Shown piece by piece: positions 55,549 through 64,000 of a stretch of DNA of 64,000 nucleotides (positions are counted from its first letter, which is position 1; every line of letters begins with the position of its first letter). The stretch lies in NCBI GenBank assembly GCA_903859155.1, contig CAIOLO010000080.1, positions 64,210 through 128,209 of the forward strand, written 5' to 3'. The translations under genes and the position numbers were made by a program. The notes below the pieces were generated by a model, which was given only the letters and a program-made list of their open reading frames with translations, made no database searches and was not told the origin of the DNA. Source of the stretch: an uncultured beta proteobacterium (GTDB lineage Bacteria > Pseudomonadota > Gammaproteobacteria > Burkholderiales > SG8-39).

Positions 55549-56781
55549 ATGAACGAGAAAGTCATGGAGGCACCGGCGGCGGTGCAGGCCGGCCCGAGCG
55601 CCGCATTCCGCGAGACGCTGCGCACCTATCCCACCATCTACCATCTGCGCGAATGCGCGCGCCGTCGCCTGCCCGGTTTTGCTTTCGATGCCGGTGATGG
55701 CGGCGTGGGTGCCGACAAGGGCATTGCCAGAAACTGGAACGCGCTCGACGCGGTGGAGTTGCTGCCCCGGTATGGCGTTGCCAAGGGTCTGCCCCCCACC
55801 GGCGTTGAACTGTTCGGGCAGCGCTACGGCGCGCCGATCGGCATCGCGCCGATGGGTTCGCCCGGCATTGTCTGGCCCGACGCCGATGCGCTGCTGGCCA
55901 AGGCAGCGCAGCGCGCGCGCGTGCCCTATACCCTCTCCACGGTGTCTGGCATGTCCATCGAGGAAGCGGCTAAACATGCTCCGGATGTTTTCTGGCTGCA
56001 GTTGTACCGCTTCCCGCGCAACGAGCATGCCATCGGCTTCGACCTGACGCGCCGCGCCGCGGCGGTCGGTGCCAAGGCGCTGGTGATGACGCTGGATGTG
56101 CCGGTGCGCACCACGCGCACCCGCGAAGTGCTCTCGGGCATATCCTCGCCCTTCCGCTTCACGCCGAAGATGATCATGCAGGCGCTGGGCTGTCCGTCGT
56201 ATTGCGCGGCGTTCCTCAGGAACGGCATTCCGCGCTTTGCCAACTTCACCAAGTATGCGGGCGACAACGTCGGGTTGAACGACATGTCGAAATTCATCCA
56301 GGGGGAATCCGGCGGCGCGTTTACCTGGGAGGACGTGGCGCGCTACCGCGACATCTGGAGGGGGCCGCTCATCATCAAGGGCGTGATGCATCCTGAGGAT
56401 GCGGAGCGCGCGATTGCCCTGGGTTGCGAGGGGCTGCACGTTTCCAATCATGGCGGGCGCCAGATCGAGGGCCTGCCGGCCACCATAGACGCGCTGCCTG
56501 GCGTGGTTGCGGCCGCCAATGGCCGCGCCAAAATATTGTTCGACAGCGGCGTGCGCAGCGGCCTCGATGTGGTGCGCGCGATGGCGCTGGGCGCCGATTT
56601 CGTGCTCGCGGGCAAGGCTTTCCTCTGGGGCCTGGGGGCCATGGGTGAGCGGGGGCCGGACCACACCATCGAATTGTTCATCGACGAGATGCGCGCCACG
56701 CTGGGCCAGATCGGCGTGCGCGATTTTCTAGCCGCGCGCAAGGTGCCGATCCGGCACAACTCGGCTTTCAGGATCGCCTGA
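55549..56781 (+). CDS. FMN-dependent alpha-hydroxy-acid dehydrogenase/oxidase (LldD / mandelate dehydrogenase family)
   Basis: Trimmed to the ATG at 55549. LTLDVPVRTTRTRE, IIKGVMHPEDA, VSNHGGRQ and DSGVRSGLDV motifs. Confidence 0.9.
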   Translation: MNEKVMEAPAAVQAGPSAAFRETLRTYPTIYHLRECARRRLPGFAFDAGDGGVGADKGIARNWNALDAVELLPRYGVAKGLPPTGVELFGQRYGAPIGIAPMGSPGIVWPDADALLAKAAQRARVPYTLSTVSGMSIEEAAKHAPDVFWLQLYRFPRNEHAIGFDLTRRAAAVGAKALVMTLDVPVRTTRTREVLSGISSPFRFTPKMIMQALGCPSYCAAFLRNGIPRFANFTKYAGDNVGLNDMSKFIQGESGGAFTWEDVARYRDIWRGPLIIKGVMHPEDAERAIALGCEGLHVSNHGGRQIEGLPATIDALPGVVAAANGRAKILFDSGVRSGLDVVRAMALGADFVLAGKAFLWGLGAMGERGPDHTIELFIDEMRATLGQIGVRDFLAARKVPIRHNSAFRIA

Positions 56782-56889
56782 GCCTGTTTCAGCAGCGCGT
56801 AGACCGCGAAGGGGTGTGGCTCTGTATTAATCATGGTACAGGCGGGTAACATGCGGCATCGATGCCGGGTTTCCCGGGAAGGGGGAGTG

Positions 56890-57846
56890 ATGCGCGAAAC
56901 GGTCCGTCTGGCCATGGCCTGTATGTTCGCTCTGTTTGCCGGAGTGGCATGGGCATTCCCCACCAGACCCGCCTCGATCATCGTCCCGCAGGCCCCGGGC
57001 GGCGCCAATGACGTGCTCGCGCGCATGGTGGCGGGCAAGCTCCAGGAATACTGGGGCATGCCGGTGCTGGTGGATTTCAAGCCCGGCGGCGGTGTCATCG
57101 TGGCCACGCAATTTGTCGCCAGGAGCGCGCCGGACGGCCATGTCATCGGCCTGGTGAGCAGCGCCCATGCGATCAACCCCAGCCTCAATGAAAAGCTGCC
57201 CTACGACAGCGTGCGCGATTTTGTACCGGTGGCGCGCCTGGGGTTCAACGTGATTGGTCTGGTGGTGGTGCCGTCGCTTGGTGTCAACGACGTGAAAGGC
57301 CTGATAGACCTCGCGCGCAGCAAACCGGATTTTCTTTCGCATGGTTCCAACGGCATCGGCACCGGTGCACACCTGTCCGCGGAACTGTTCAAGTTCATGA
57401 CCGGCGTAAAGATGGTGCATGTGCCTTACAAGGGCGGTGCGCCGTTGTATGCGGACATGATGGGTGGCCGCATCCCGGTGGCATTTGCGATTCTCACCTC
57501 GGCGATGCCGCTGGTGAAGGCAGGCAAGCTCAAAGTGCTGGGCGTCACCAACCCTCTGCGCAGCAGCATCTATCCGGAGTACCCGCCGATTGCCGCATCG
57601 GTTCCGGGCTACGACATGACAACCTGGACGGGTTTCATGGTGCCTGCCGGAACGCCGCGCGATGTGGTGCAGAAGATTGCCACGGATGTATTGCGGCTTG
57701 CCAACGCGGCGGAGCTGCGCCCGAAGTTCGAGGAAATGGGTTTTGAGACCGCGCCGCTGGGGCCGACCGAGTTCGAAGCCTTCATTCGCGTCGAGACCGA
57801 AAGCAAGGGCAAACTGGTGCGGGAATCCGGCTCGAAATTCGAGTAA
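56890..57846 (+). CDS. Bug-family (TctC-like) substrate-binding protein, orphan
   Basis: Trimmed to the ATG at 56890 (GGGGGAG upstream). Signal peptide followed by AFPTRPASIIVPQAPGGAND. Confidence 0.9.
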   Translation: MRETVRLAMACMFALFAGVAWAFPTRPASIIVPQAPGGANDVLARMVAGKLQEYWGMPVLVDFKPGGGVIVATQFVARSAPDGHVIGLVSSAHAINPSLNEKLPYDSVRDFVPVARLGFNVIGLVVVPSLGVNDVKGLIDLARSKPDFLSHGSNGIGTGAHLSAELFKFMTGVKMVHVPYKGGAPLYADMMGGRIPVAFAILTSAMPLVKAGKLKVLGVTNPLRSSIYPEYPPIAASVPGYDMTTWTGFMVPAGTPRDVVQKIATDVLRLANAAELRPKFEEMGFETAPLGPTEFEAFIRVETESKGKLVRESGSKFE

Positions 57847-57977
57847 GCAGCTGTTGCGGCGCGGTGCCGGTTTCAGCGCGATAATAGGCGGGTTACAGGC
57901 AGGGAATTCGGCGCTGAGGGCGCCGATGCCCGCATTTTTGGCGGCGCCCATGAGGCGCCGATGTTATCCGGAGGACG

Positions 57978-60326
57978 ATGGTGGAAAAAGGCATAGGCGC
58001 GCACATACCGCGCCGCGAGGATTTCAGGCTGCTGACCGGCGCCGGCAAATACGCCGATGACATGCGCGCCGATGGGCAGGTGTACGGCTATGCGCTGCGC
58101 GCTTATCACGCGCATGCCCGGTTGAGGAGCATCGACGTCACCGAGGCGAAGAAGGCGCCCGGCGTTCTCGCCGTGCTCACCGGCGCCGATTACGCCGCCG
58201 ACGGTCTGAAGGGCATTCCGCACGGCGCCATGACGGTCAAGCCCGAAGACCACACGGTCCCGTGCTTTGGCCAGGCCGATGGCAAGCCGGCGTTTTCCGC
58301 GCCCAATATTCCGATCGTGTGCGACAAGATCCACCACATCGGCGAGATCGTTGCGTTCGTGATCGCCGACACGCTGCAGCGGGCGCGCGATGCGGGCGAG
58401 CTGATCGAGGTCGATTACGAGGTGCTGCCCGCGGTGACGCGCGGCATGGAGGCCATGAAACCGGGCGCGCCGGTGGTGTGGGACGAGCAACCGGGCAACA
58501 TTGCGTTCGACGGCCTGCATGGCGACCACGCCGGGGCGGAACAGGCGTTCCGCAATGCGGCGCACGTGGTCGAGGAGGAGTTTCCCTTCAATCGTGTCGC
58601 CAATGCGCAGATGGAACCGCGCGCCTGCCTGGCCGAATACACCGCCGAGGGGCGTTTCATCCTGCACGCCGGTTCGCAGGGCGTGCATCGCCTCAAAACC
58701 AACGCGTCAGTGGTGTTCTCCTGCGACCCGTCGATGATCCGGGTGCTGACGCGCGACACCGGCGGGGGCTTCGGGCCGCGCTCGCACCTGTATCCCGAAT
58801 ATGTCCTGGCGATGTGGGCGGCGCGCAAACTCGGCCGCCCGGTCAAATGGAACAGCGATCGCTCCGAGGCTTTCCTTTCGGACTACCAGGCGCGCGATGT
58901 CACCATCAAGGGATCGCTGGCGCTGGACGCGAACGGTAAATTTCTTGCGCTCAAGGAGACCATCTATTCCAATGTCGGCGGCAACTGCGTCTCGTATGTG
59001 CCGGCGGCGAATGGTTCGCGCATTGCCACCACTGTCTACAAAACGCCCTTCCTCGGCATGCACGCCATCGGCATCCTCAGCAACACCCTGCCTTCGGTGA
59101 ATTACCGCGGCGCCGGGCGGCCCCAGGCGATGCTGGTCATGGAGCGCCTGATCGACCTGGCCGCCGACAAACTCGGCATGGACCGCATCGAGCTGCGCCG
59201 CCGCAACCTGATCGCGATCGCGGACTTTCCGTTCAAGCAGGCGGGGGGGCTTACCTACGATTGCGGCGAGTTCGAAAAGAACATGGATCGCTGCATGGAA
59301 TTCATCGACTGGAAGGGCTACCCGGCGCGGCGCGAGGAAGTGATAAAGCGCGGCATGCTCTCGGGCATAGGCCTGGCCAATTACATCGAAACGCCGGTGG
59401 GCGCGCCGATTGAGCGCTCGAACATTCTGGTGCGCACCGATGCCGACAAGGTCGATGTCATCGTCGGCACGCAATCGGGCGGACAGGGGCACGAGACCAG
59501 CTTTGCGCAGGTGATCGAATCTTGGCTCGGCGTGCCCATGGACGATGTCAATCTCATCACCGGCGATTCCGACATCGTGATCGAGGGCGGTGGTACGCAC
59601 TCCGACCGTTCGATACGCATGGCAGGCTATGTAATGGTGAAGGCATCCGAGCAGATCATAGAAAAGGGCAAGAAGATCGCCGCCCACCTGCTGGAAGTAG
59701 CCGCCACCGACATCCAGTTCGGCAAGGGTCAATTTACCGTGGGCGGCACCGATCGTTCGGTGTCCCTGTTCGAGGCCGCGCGTGCCGCTGCCACTGACAA
59801 GGTGCCCGAGGAGTTGCGCGGGCCGCTTGCGGGCGACGCAAAATTCGTCGGACGCATTCCCGCCTATCCGAATGGCTGCGCGGCCGCGGAAGTCGAGATC
59901 GACCCCGACACCGGCGTGGTGGAAATCAAACGCTATGTCTGCATCGACGATGTCGGCCGGGTGGTGAATCCGATGATCGTCGACGGCCAGACGCACGGGG
60001 GCATCGTGCAGGGCGTGGGACAGGTGCTCACCGAGAGTGTCATACACGACGCCGATGGACAGATACTCACCGGCTCCTTCATGGACTACGGCATGCCGCG
60101 CGCCGACATGTTCCCGGAGTTCAAGGTGGAGAACAACGAGGTCATCACCAAGGGCAATCCCCTGGGTGTCAAAGGCGGCGGCGAAGCCGGCACCACCGGC
60201 GCGCTGGCAGTGATGATGAACGCCATCCTCGATGCGCTCAAGCCGCTGGGCATCACGCGATTCGACATGCCCGCGACGCCCGGCCGGGTGTGGCAGGCGA
60301 TACAAGCGCGCAAAACACTGAACTGA
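57978..60326 (+). CDS. molybdopterin-binding large subunit of a xanthine dehydrogenase/CO dehydrogenase-family enzyme (form-II CoxL-like)
   Basis: 782 aa. N-terminal RREDFRLLTG a/b-hammerhead. The active-site loop reads VNYRGAGR, closer to the form-II AYRGAGR type than the form-I AYxCSFR type. C-terminal GGGEAGTTGA motif. Confidence 0.9.
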   Translation: MVEKGIGAHIPRREDFRLLTGAGKYADDMRADGQVYGYALRAYHAHARLRSIDVTEAKKAPGVLAVLTGADYAADGLKGIPHGAMTVKPEDHTVPCFGQADGKPAFSAPNIPIVCDKIHHIGEIVAFVIADTLQRARDAGELIEVDYEVLPAVTRGMEAMKPGAPVVWDEQPGNIAFDGLHGDHAGAEQAFRNAAHVVEEEFPFNRVANAQMEPRACLAEYTAEGRFILHAGSQGVHRLKTNASVVFSCDPSMIRVLTRDTGGGFGPRSHLYPEYVLAMWAARKLGRPVKWNSDRSEAFLSDYQARDVTIKGSLALDANGKFLALKETIYSNVGGNCVSYVPAANGSRIATTVYKTPFLGMHAIGILSNTLPSVNYRGAGRPQAMLVMERLIDLAADKLGMDRIELRRRNLIAIADFPFKQAGGLTYDCGEFEKNMDRCMEFIDWKGYPARREEVIKRGMLSGIGLANYIETPVGAPIERSNILVRTDADKVDVIVGTQSGGQGHETSFAQVIESWLGVPMDDVNLITGDSDIVIEGGGTHSDRSIRMAGYVMVKASEQIIEKGKKIAAHLLEVAATDIQFGKGQFTVGGTDRSVSLFEAARAAATDKVPEELRGPLAGDAKFVGRIPAYPNGCAAAEVEIDPDTGVVEIKRYVCIDDVGRVVNPMIVDGQTHGGIVQGVGQVLTESVIHDADGQILTGSFMDYGMPRADMFPEFKVENNEVITKGNPLGVKGGGEAGTTGALAVMMNAILDALKPLGITRFDMPATPGRVWQAIQARKTLN

Positions 60327-60452
60327 GGGGTTCACCTGCTGTCTGGGGCGGGCGCGGCAAACCCAGGCTGCGCTCGCGTGCAGCTGGCGCAGGGCCGCGT
60401 TCGATTGCCTTTACAATGACATTCCGAAATTTGCCATTCAGGAACTGTATCC

Positions 60453-61700
60453 ATGACCGACTCATCGCCTAAAATCAGCCAGGCCCAGATGTACTCCGTG
60501 CTTATCGGCGCGAGCCTGATGCTCACCATGAGCATGGGCATGCGCCAGAGCTTCGGCCTGTTCGTCACGCCGATCACCCAGAGCATCGGCGTCTCGGTGT
60601 CCGATTTCACGCTGGCGCTGGCGTTGCAGAACATCATCTGGGGCGTCACCCAGCCGTTCACCGGCGCGGTGGCCGACAAGTTTGGGGTGCGCATCATTAC
60701 GCTTCTCGGGTCGGTGCTGTTTGCCGCCGGACTTTCGGTGACCATGGTGGCCACCGGACCGGTTACGCTGATCATCGGTATGGGCGTGCTGATCGGTCTG
60801 GCCATGTCCTGCGTGTCCCTGAGCCTGGCGCTGGCCGCCAGCGCCAAGGTGGTCTCCCCCGCCAAGCGCAGCCTGACGCTGGGGGCGGTCTCCTCGGCCG
60901 GTTCGATCGGCAGTTTCATCGCCGCACCGATGGCGCAATCCCTGATCGTCGGGCAGGGCTGGCAGATCGCCCTGGTGGGTTTTCTCGGCCTGTGCGTGAT
61001 CATGCTCCCCGGCGCGTATTTCGCCGGCGCCGGCGACAAGAAGAGTCCGCGTCCGCTGCCCGGTGCCATGGACCGCGATGCCGGGTTGTCGCTGAAAGCC
61101 GCGTTGCACGAGGCCGCGCATCACAAGGGCTTTGTCACCATGGCGATTGCATTTTTCGTATGCGGCCTGCAACTGGTGTTCATCACCACGCATCTGCCCG
61201 CCTACCTGATGCTGTGCGGGCAATCTCCCGGACTGTCCGCGACTGCGCTGGCCACCATCGGCGGGTTCAACGCCATCGGTTGCTATCTGCTGGGATGGAT
61301 GGGCGGCAAGCTGCCCAAGCAATATCTGCTGGGCACCGTGTATATCCTGCGCTCGCTGTTCATTGTTTTCTATTTCATGTCCGCCCCGACGCCGACCACT
61401 ACGGTCATTTTTGCCGGGGCGATGGGCCTGCTGTGGCTGGGCACCGCGCCGCTGGTGAGCGGCCTGATTGGTTCCATCTTCGGCCTGCGCTACATGGCAA
61501 CGCTTTCGGGCATTGCCTTTTTCAGCCACCAGGCGGGGTCGTTCGTCGGGGCCTGGGGCGGCGGGCTGATATTCGATGCCATGGGCAATTACGACATGGC
61601 GTGGAAGATCGGCGTGGCCATCGGTCTGTCGGCCGGCATTGCGCAGATGTTCATGCAGACCCAGCCCACGGCGCGGATGTCCGCCGCGGTTCCGGCATAA
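60453..61700 (+). CDS. MFS transporter (oxalate/formate antiporter-like)
   Basis: 415 aa with about 12 hydrophobic segments. GAVADKFGVR loop motif. Confidence 0.85.
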   Translation: MTDSSPKISQAQMYSVLIGASLMLTMSMGMRQSFGLFVTPITQSIGVSVSDFTLALALQNIIWGVTQPFTGAVADKFGVRIITLLGSVLFAAGLSVTMVATGPVTLIIGMGVLIGLAMSCVSLSLALAASAKVVSPAKRSLTLGAVSSAGSIGSFIAAPMAQSLIVGQGWQIALVGFLGLCVIMLPGAYFAGAGDKKSPRPLPGAMDRDAGLSLKAALHEAAHHKGFVTMAIAFFVCGLQLVFITTHLPAYLMLCGQSPGLSATALATIGGFNAIGCYLLGWMGGKLPKQYLLGTVYILRSLFIVFYFMSAPTPTTTVIFAGAMGLLWLGTAPLVSGLIGSIFGLRYMATLSGIAFFSHQAGSFVGAWGGGLIFDAMGNYDMAWKIGVAIGLSAGIAQMFMQTQPTARMSAAVPA

Positions 61701-61727
61701 GTGCCGCCGCGAGCGCTTCTTGCATAA

Positions 61728-61755
61728 GCCGGTAAAGCCGGCGGGATTTTTGTTT
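61728..61755 (+). terminator. weak candidate rho-independent terminator
   Basis: GCCGG (61728-61732) pairs with CCGGC (61738-61742), followed by GGGATTTTTGTTT. The stem is short. Confidence 0.35.
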
Positions 61756-61876
61756 GCCCCTCCGGTCTTCCGGCAAAAAATGGGGACTGCGGGCGTGAGA
61801 GAAACAGCAATCGAATCCGGGAACGCGGCAGGCTATGATTGGGGCCGTTCCCTTAAACCGTTTCAGGAATGCCGCC

Positions 61877-62833
61877 ATGCCAAAAGTTGCCGTGCCCCTG
61901 CCTTACTTCGATTTCTTCCCGGAATTGAAAGCCGAGTTCGCGGCAAAATATCCGGGGACCCGGTTTTCGCAACCCGGTGTCCTCATGCAGGGGGACACGC
62001 TGATCGATTTTCTGCGCGGCTGCGACACCGCGGTGATCGGACTGAACCGTTTCACCGAAGAGGTGTGCGCGGCGCTGCCTGAGCTCAAAGTGGTGTCGAT
62101 GTGCTCGGCCGGCGTCGACCACATCGATCCGGCCATTCTCAACCGGCATGGCATCAAGATGTGGTGGGCCCCGGGCATCAACAAGATTTCGGTGTCCGAG
62201 CTGGCTCTTTGCTACATGGTGTTCGCGCTGCGCCGTTTGCATTTCTTTTCCTCGGTCCTCTATCAGGGGGAGTGGAAGGGGCCGCGCGGTTTCGGCGGGG
62301 ACCTGCGCGGGCGCACCGTCGGCATTCACGGCGTCGGGCACATCGGCAAGGAGGTGGTGAAGCTGCTGCAGCCCTATGGCGTTCACATCCTTGCCTGCGA
62401 TCGCGAGGACTTCGGCGATTTCTACAAGCAGTTTCCCAATGTCGAAAAAGTCGGCGCCGAGGAACTCTGGGCGCGCTCGGACGTGCTCACCATCCATCTG
62501 TCCAAGAACCAGTCGACCATCGGCATGTATTCGCGCGAGGTGCAGGCCAGGCTCAAGCCGGGCATGGTGCTGGTGAACTGCGCGCGTGGCGGCATGGTGG
62601 ACGAGCCGGCGCTGGCCGACAACCTGAAAAGCGGACACATCGCCGGCGCGGCTTTCGATGTGTTCGCAGTTGAACCTGCCAACAACAATCCCCTGCTTGG
62701 CCTGCCGAACATGTTCGCCTCGCCGCATATCGGCGCGACCACCATGGAATCCTGGGATGCGATGCTGCGCTCGGGGATGCACGGGATCGAGAACGCCTAT
62801 GATCCCAAGCCCGGCGTCTATCCCTTCGATTGA
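61877..62833 (+). CDS. D-isomer-specific 2-hydroxyacid dehydrogenase family protein
   Basis: Trimmed to the ATG at 61877. NAD motif GIHGVGHIGKEV, NCARGGMVDE, and catalytic SPHIG. Confidence 0.85.
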   Translation: MPKVAVPLPYFDFFPELKAEFAAKYPGTRFSQPGVLMQGDTLIDFLRGCDTAVIGLNRFTEEVCAALPELKVVSMCSAGVDHIDPAILNRHGIKMWWAPGINKISVSELALCYMVFALRRLHFFSSVLYQGEWKGPRGFGGDLRGRTVGIHGVGHIGKEVVKLLQPYGVHILACDREDFGDFYKQFPNVEKVGAEELWARSDVLTIHLSKNQSTIGMYSREVQARLKPGMVLVNCARGGMVDEPALADNLKSGHIAGAAFDVFAVEPANNNPLLGLPNMFASPHIGATTMESWDAMLRSGMHGIENAYDPKPGVYPFD

Positions 62834-62981
62834 GGCGCGGGACCCGGCCAAGCGGCCTGTACCGGTCGCGCAACCCTAAGCACTCGATTCCAAAATGACG
62901 GCGACGTATGCGCTGGGATGCCGAGGCCTGGGCCAGGCACAAGCTTCGGTTGCCGCTCGGTCATCTCAAGCTGCATCCGTA

Positions 62982-63046
62982 TTGCATTTTGCAGCGAAGA
63001 AAAATTGCATCCTTGTCGCAGGTTGCAATTGGCGTTGCAAATTGCA
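62982..63046 (+). promoter_or_regulatory. candidate enhancer (UAS) for the sigma-54 promoter at 63143: TTGCRwwTTGCA repeats
   Basis: TTGCATTTTGCA at 62982-62993 and TTGCAAATTGCA at 63035-63046, exactly 53 bp apart. Extra half-sites TTGCAT at 63005 and TTGCAA at 63023. Confidence 0.45.
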
Positions 63047-63142
63047 CGTCGCTACGCATATGCGGCAAAAAGGCGCTAACGCGGGCTGATAGCAAAATAT
63101 CAATAGATCAATAACTTAAAAATTATTAACGTCTCGCAGAAC

Positions 63143-63157
63143 CTGGCATCAGTCTTG
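63143..63157 (+). promoter_or_regulatory. sigma-54 (-24/-12) promoter
   Basis: TGGCAT-CAGTC-TTGC matches TGGCAC-N5-TTGCW in spacing and in the GG/GC dinucleotides. An A+T-rich, IHF-like stretch (ATCAATAACTTA, 63107-63118) lies between it and the TTGCA repeats. Confidence 0.65.
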
Positions 63158-63184
63158 CCTTGTCCAAAAACCAATACACCTCTC

Positions 63185-63580
63185 ATGGTTTTAGCGCCAC
63201 CCATGGATTCCGGCTTCAAGGTCATCAACCGCGAGCAGAGTGCGCGCTCACGCCAGCATCGGGGAGTCCTGACCCAGGTGATCTGCGAATTTGAGTCCCT
63301 GGAAGTCCTGCGCATCGAGATGGAGTCCGGCAGCATCTGCGACAGCCAGGAATTCGGCGACTTCGCAGTCGTTCATGTGGTGATCGATGGAACGCCGGCA
63401 TTCAGTACTGCCGAGCGCTCTGCAGATCTGATGCCTGGCGATAGTATTGTTTTCTCCATCAATGCCTTATATGCGATTACGAATCGCGCGCCCGCGCGTG
63501 CCGTGATCCTGAGTGTGTTGTTCAAACCCGGCGCGACGGAACTTCCAGCAAGCCTATTCCCTCCCGGGATGAAGGGATGA
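63185..63580 (+). CDS. hypothetical small protein (possibly a cupin-like beta-barrel)
   Basis: ORF 63155..63580. The first ATG lies inside the predicted promoter, so the start is more likely 63185 or 63203 (neither has a clear SD). Beta-strand-rich sequence. The canonical cupin HxH ligands are not evident. Confidence 0.5.
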   Translation: MVLAPPMDSGFKVINREQSARSRQHRGVLTQVICEFESLEVLRIEMESGSICDSQEFGDFAVVHVVIDGTPAFSTAERSADLMPGDSIVFSINALYAITNRAPARAVILSVLFKPGATELPASLFPPGMKG

Positions 63581-63627
63581 ACACATGTTCAGGTGGTTTT
63601 GTTTTTGCGATCCAAAACGCAGAGGCA

Positions 63628-63692
63628 TTGCGTTTTGCAATGAATGAAAAGAGTTTATTTTCATCGGTTTGCATTTTTCATTGCAATTTGCA
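63628..63692 (+). promoter_or_regulatory. candidate enhancer (UAS) for the sigma-54 promoter at 63792: TTGCRwwTTGCA repeats
   Basis: TTGCGTTTTGCA at 63628-63639 and TTGCAATTTGCA at 63681-63692, again exactly 53 bp apart. Half-site TTGCAT at 63669, 12 nt upstream of the second site as in the first region. Confidence 0.45.
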
Positions 63693-63791
63693 TGAAATAA
63701 GTTGGTAGAAGTTATGATGTCCTGCCGCGGGTATTTTGAATAAATGCTTATAAATCATTTTGTTATAAAGAAATGCGCTGCCGAAATTTGC

Positions 63792-63807
63792 TGGCATCAG
63801 TCTTGCA
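63792..63807 (+). promoter_or_regulatory. sigma-54 (-24/-12) promoter
   Basis: TGGCAT-CAGTC-TTGCA. The 16-mer CTGGCATCAGTCTTGC is identical to the one at 63142-63157. Confidence 0.65.
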
Positions 63808-63888
63808 TTAGGTTGTTGCGACAGCAATCTGTAACGTTTTGTTATTTGTAACGACTGGGCAGTTCCTGCCAACAAGGGAGACTACGCG

Positions 63889-64000
63889 ATGAAATATGTC
63901 GGATGCCACCTAACCAGAATTCTCCAAGGCGTTGCCTTGGCGTTGGGTCTGGCCTTTCTCAACCAGGGTGCGGTTGCGGTCGGCCCGGGTGCGGAGGTTT
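63889..64000 (+). CDS. 5' end of a secreted protein gene (runs off the window)
   Basis: AAGGGAG SD 8 nt upstream of the ATG at 63889. MKYVGCHLTRILQGVALALGLAFLNQGAVA looks like a signal peptide. Only 37 codons are visible. Confidence 0.5.
   Translation, partial: MKYVGCHLTRILQGVALALGLAFLNQGAVAVGPGAEV

Noticed and set aside
63614-63636. 8-bp inverted repeat AAAACGCA-N7-TGCGTTTT after the 63580 stop, considered as a terminator.
   Set aside because: The stem is short and A/T-rich, and its right arm is part of the TTGCGTTTTGCA enhancer-type repeat. It cannot be distinguished from a protein-binding site by sequence alone.
1-64000. Looked for tRNA/rRNA genes, CRISPR repeats, IS elements with terminal inverted repeats, and long direct repeats bounding the island.
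   Set aside because: None were found by eye. The only mobile-element trace is the truncated integrase N-terminus at 29912-30001. Absence of short att repeats cannot be excluded without a computed repeat search.

Overview
This is 64 kb of a high-G+C proteobacterial chromosome. The gene content looks betaproteobacterial: three orphan Bug/TctC-type receptors, a TRAP transporter and cox-type accessory genes. All calls come from reading the ORF translations and the DNA by eye. No searches or HMMs were run, and G+C statements are visual impressions, not computed. I saw no rRNA, tRNA, CRISPR array or intact transposase.

About 60 CDS can be supported.
- Housekeeping blocks: mog-yjgA/pmbA and glyA-nrdR-ribD-ribE.
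- Transport: a TRAP transporter, an APC permease and four MFS transporters.
- A cox-type molybdoenzyme accessory cluster (coxS-coxM-coxD-[malonyl-CoA decarboxylase]-coxE-coxG, with divergent xdhC/mocA). It has no large subunit. An orphan form-II-like large subunit lies about 38 kb away.
- An organic-acid catabolic neighbourhood.
- A ParE-type toxin-antitoxin pair next to a GNAT/SIR2 pair.

The most unusual part is a visibly lower-G+C segment of about 13 kb (about 29.8-42.7 kb) inserted right after ribE. It begins with a truncated P4-type integrase remnant. It carries secreted and lipoprotein genes: an S1 protease with extra N-terminal domains, an HNH-like protein, a lipoprotein pair, a NUDIX hydrolase and a 478-aa orphan lipoprotein.

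The same segment carries the main candidate for a new system: a tightly coupled seven-gene minus-strand operon at 35975-41663. The order is V4R protein, cytoplasmic [NiFe]-hydrogenase small subunit, large subunit, 2x[4Fe-4S] ferredoxin, second V4R protein, hydrogenase maturation protease, then a soluble methyl-accepting chemotaxis-type protein whose signalling hairpin tip is tandemly duplicated. I read this as a possible H2/redox-sensing chemoreceptor module of a kind I do not recognise.

A second notable signal is a pair of sigma-54 promoters at the 3' end of the window. They share an identical 16-mer and the same upstream TTGCA-repeat geometry.
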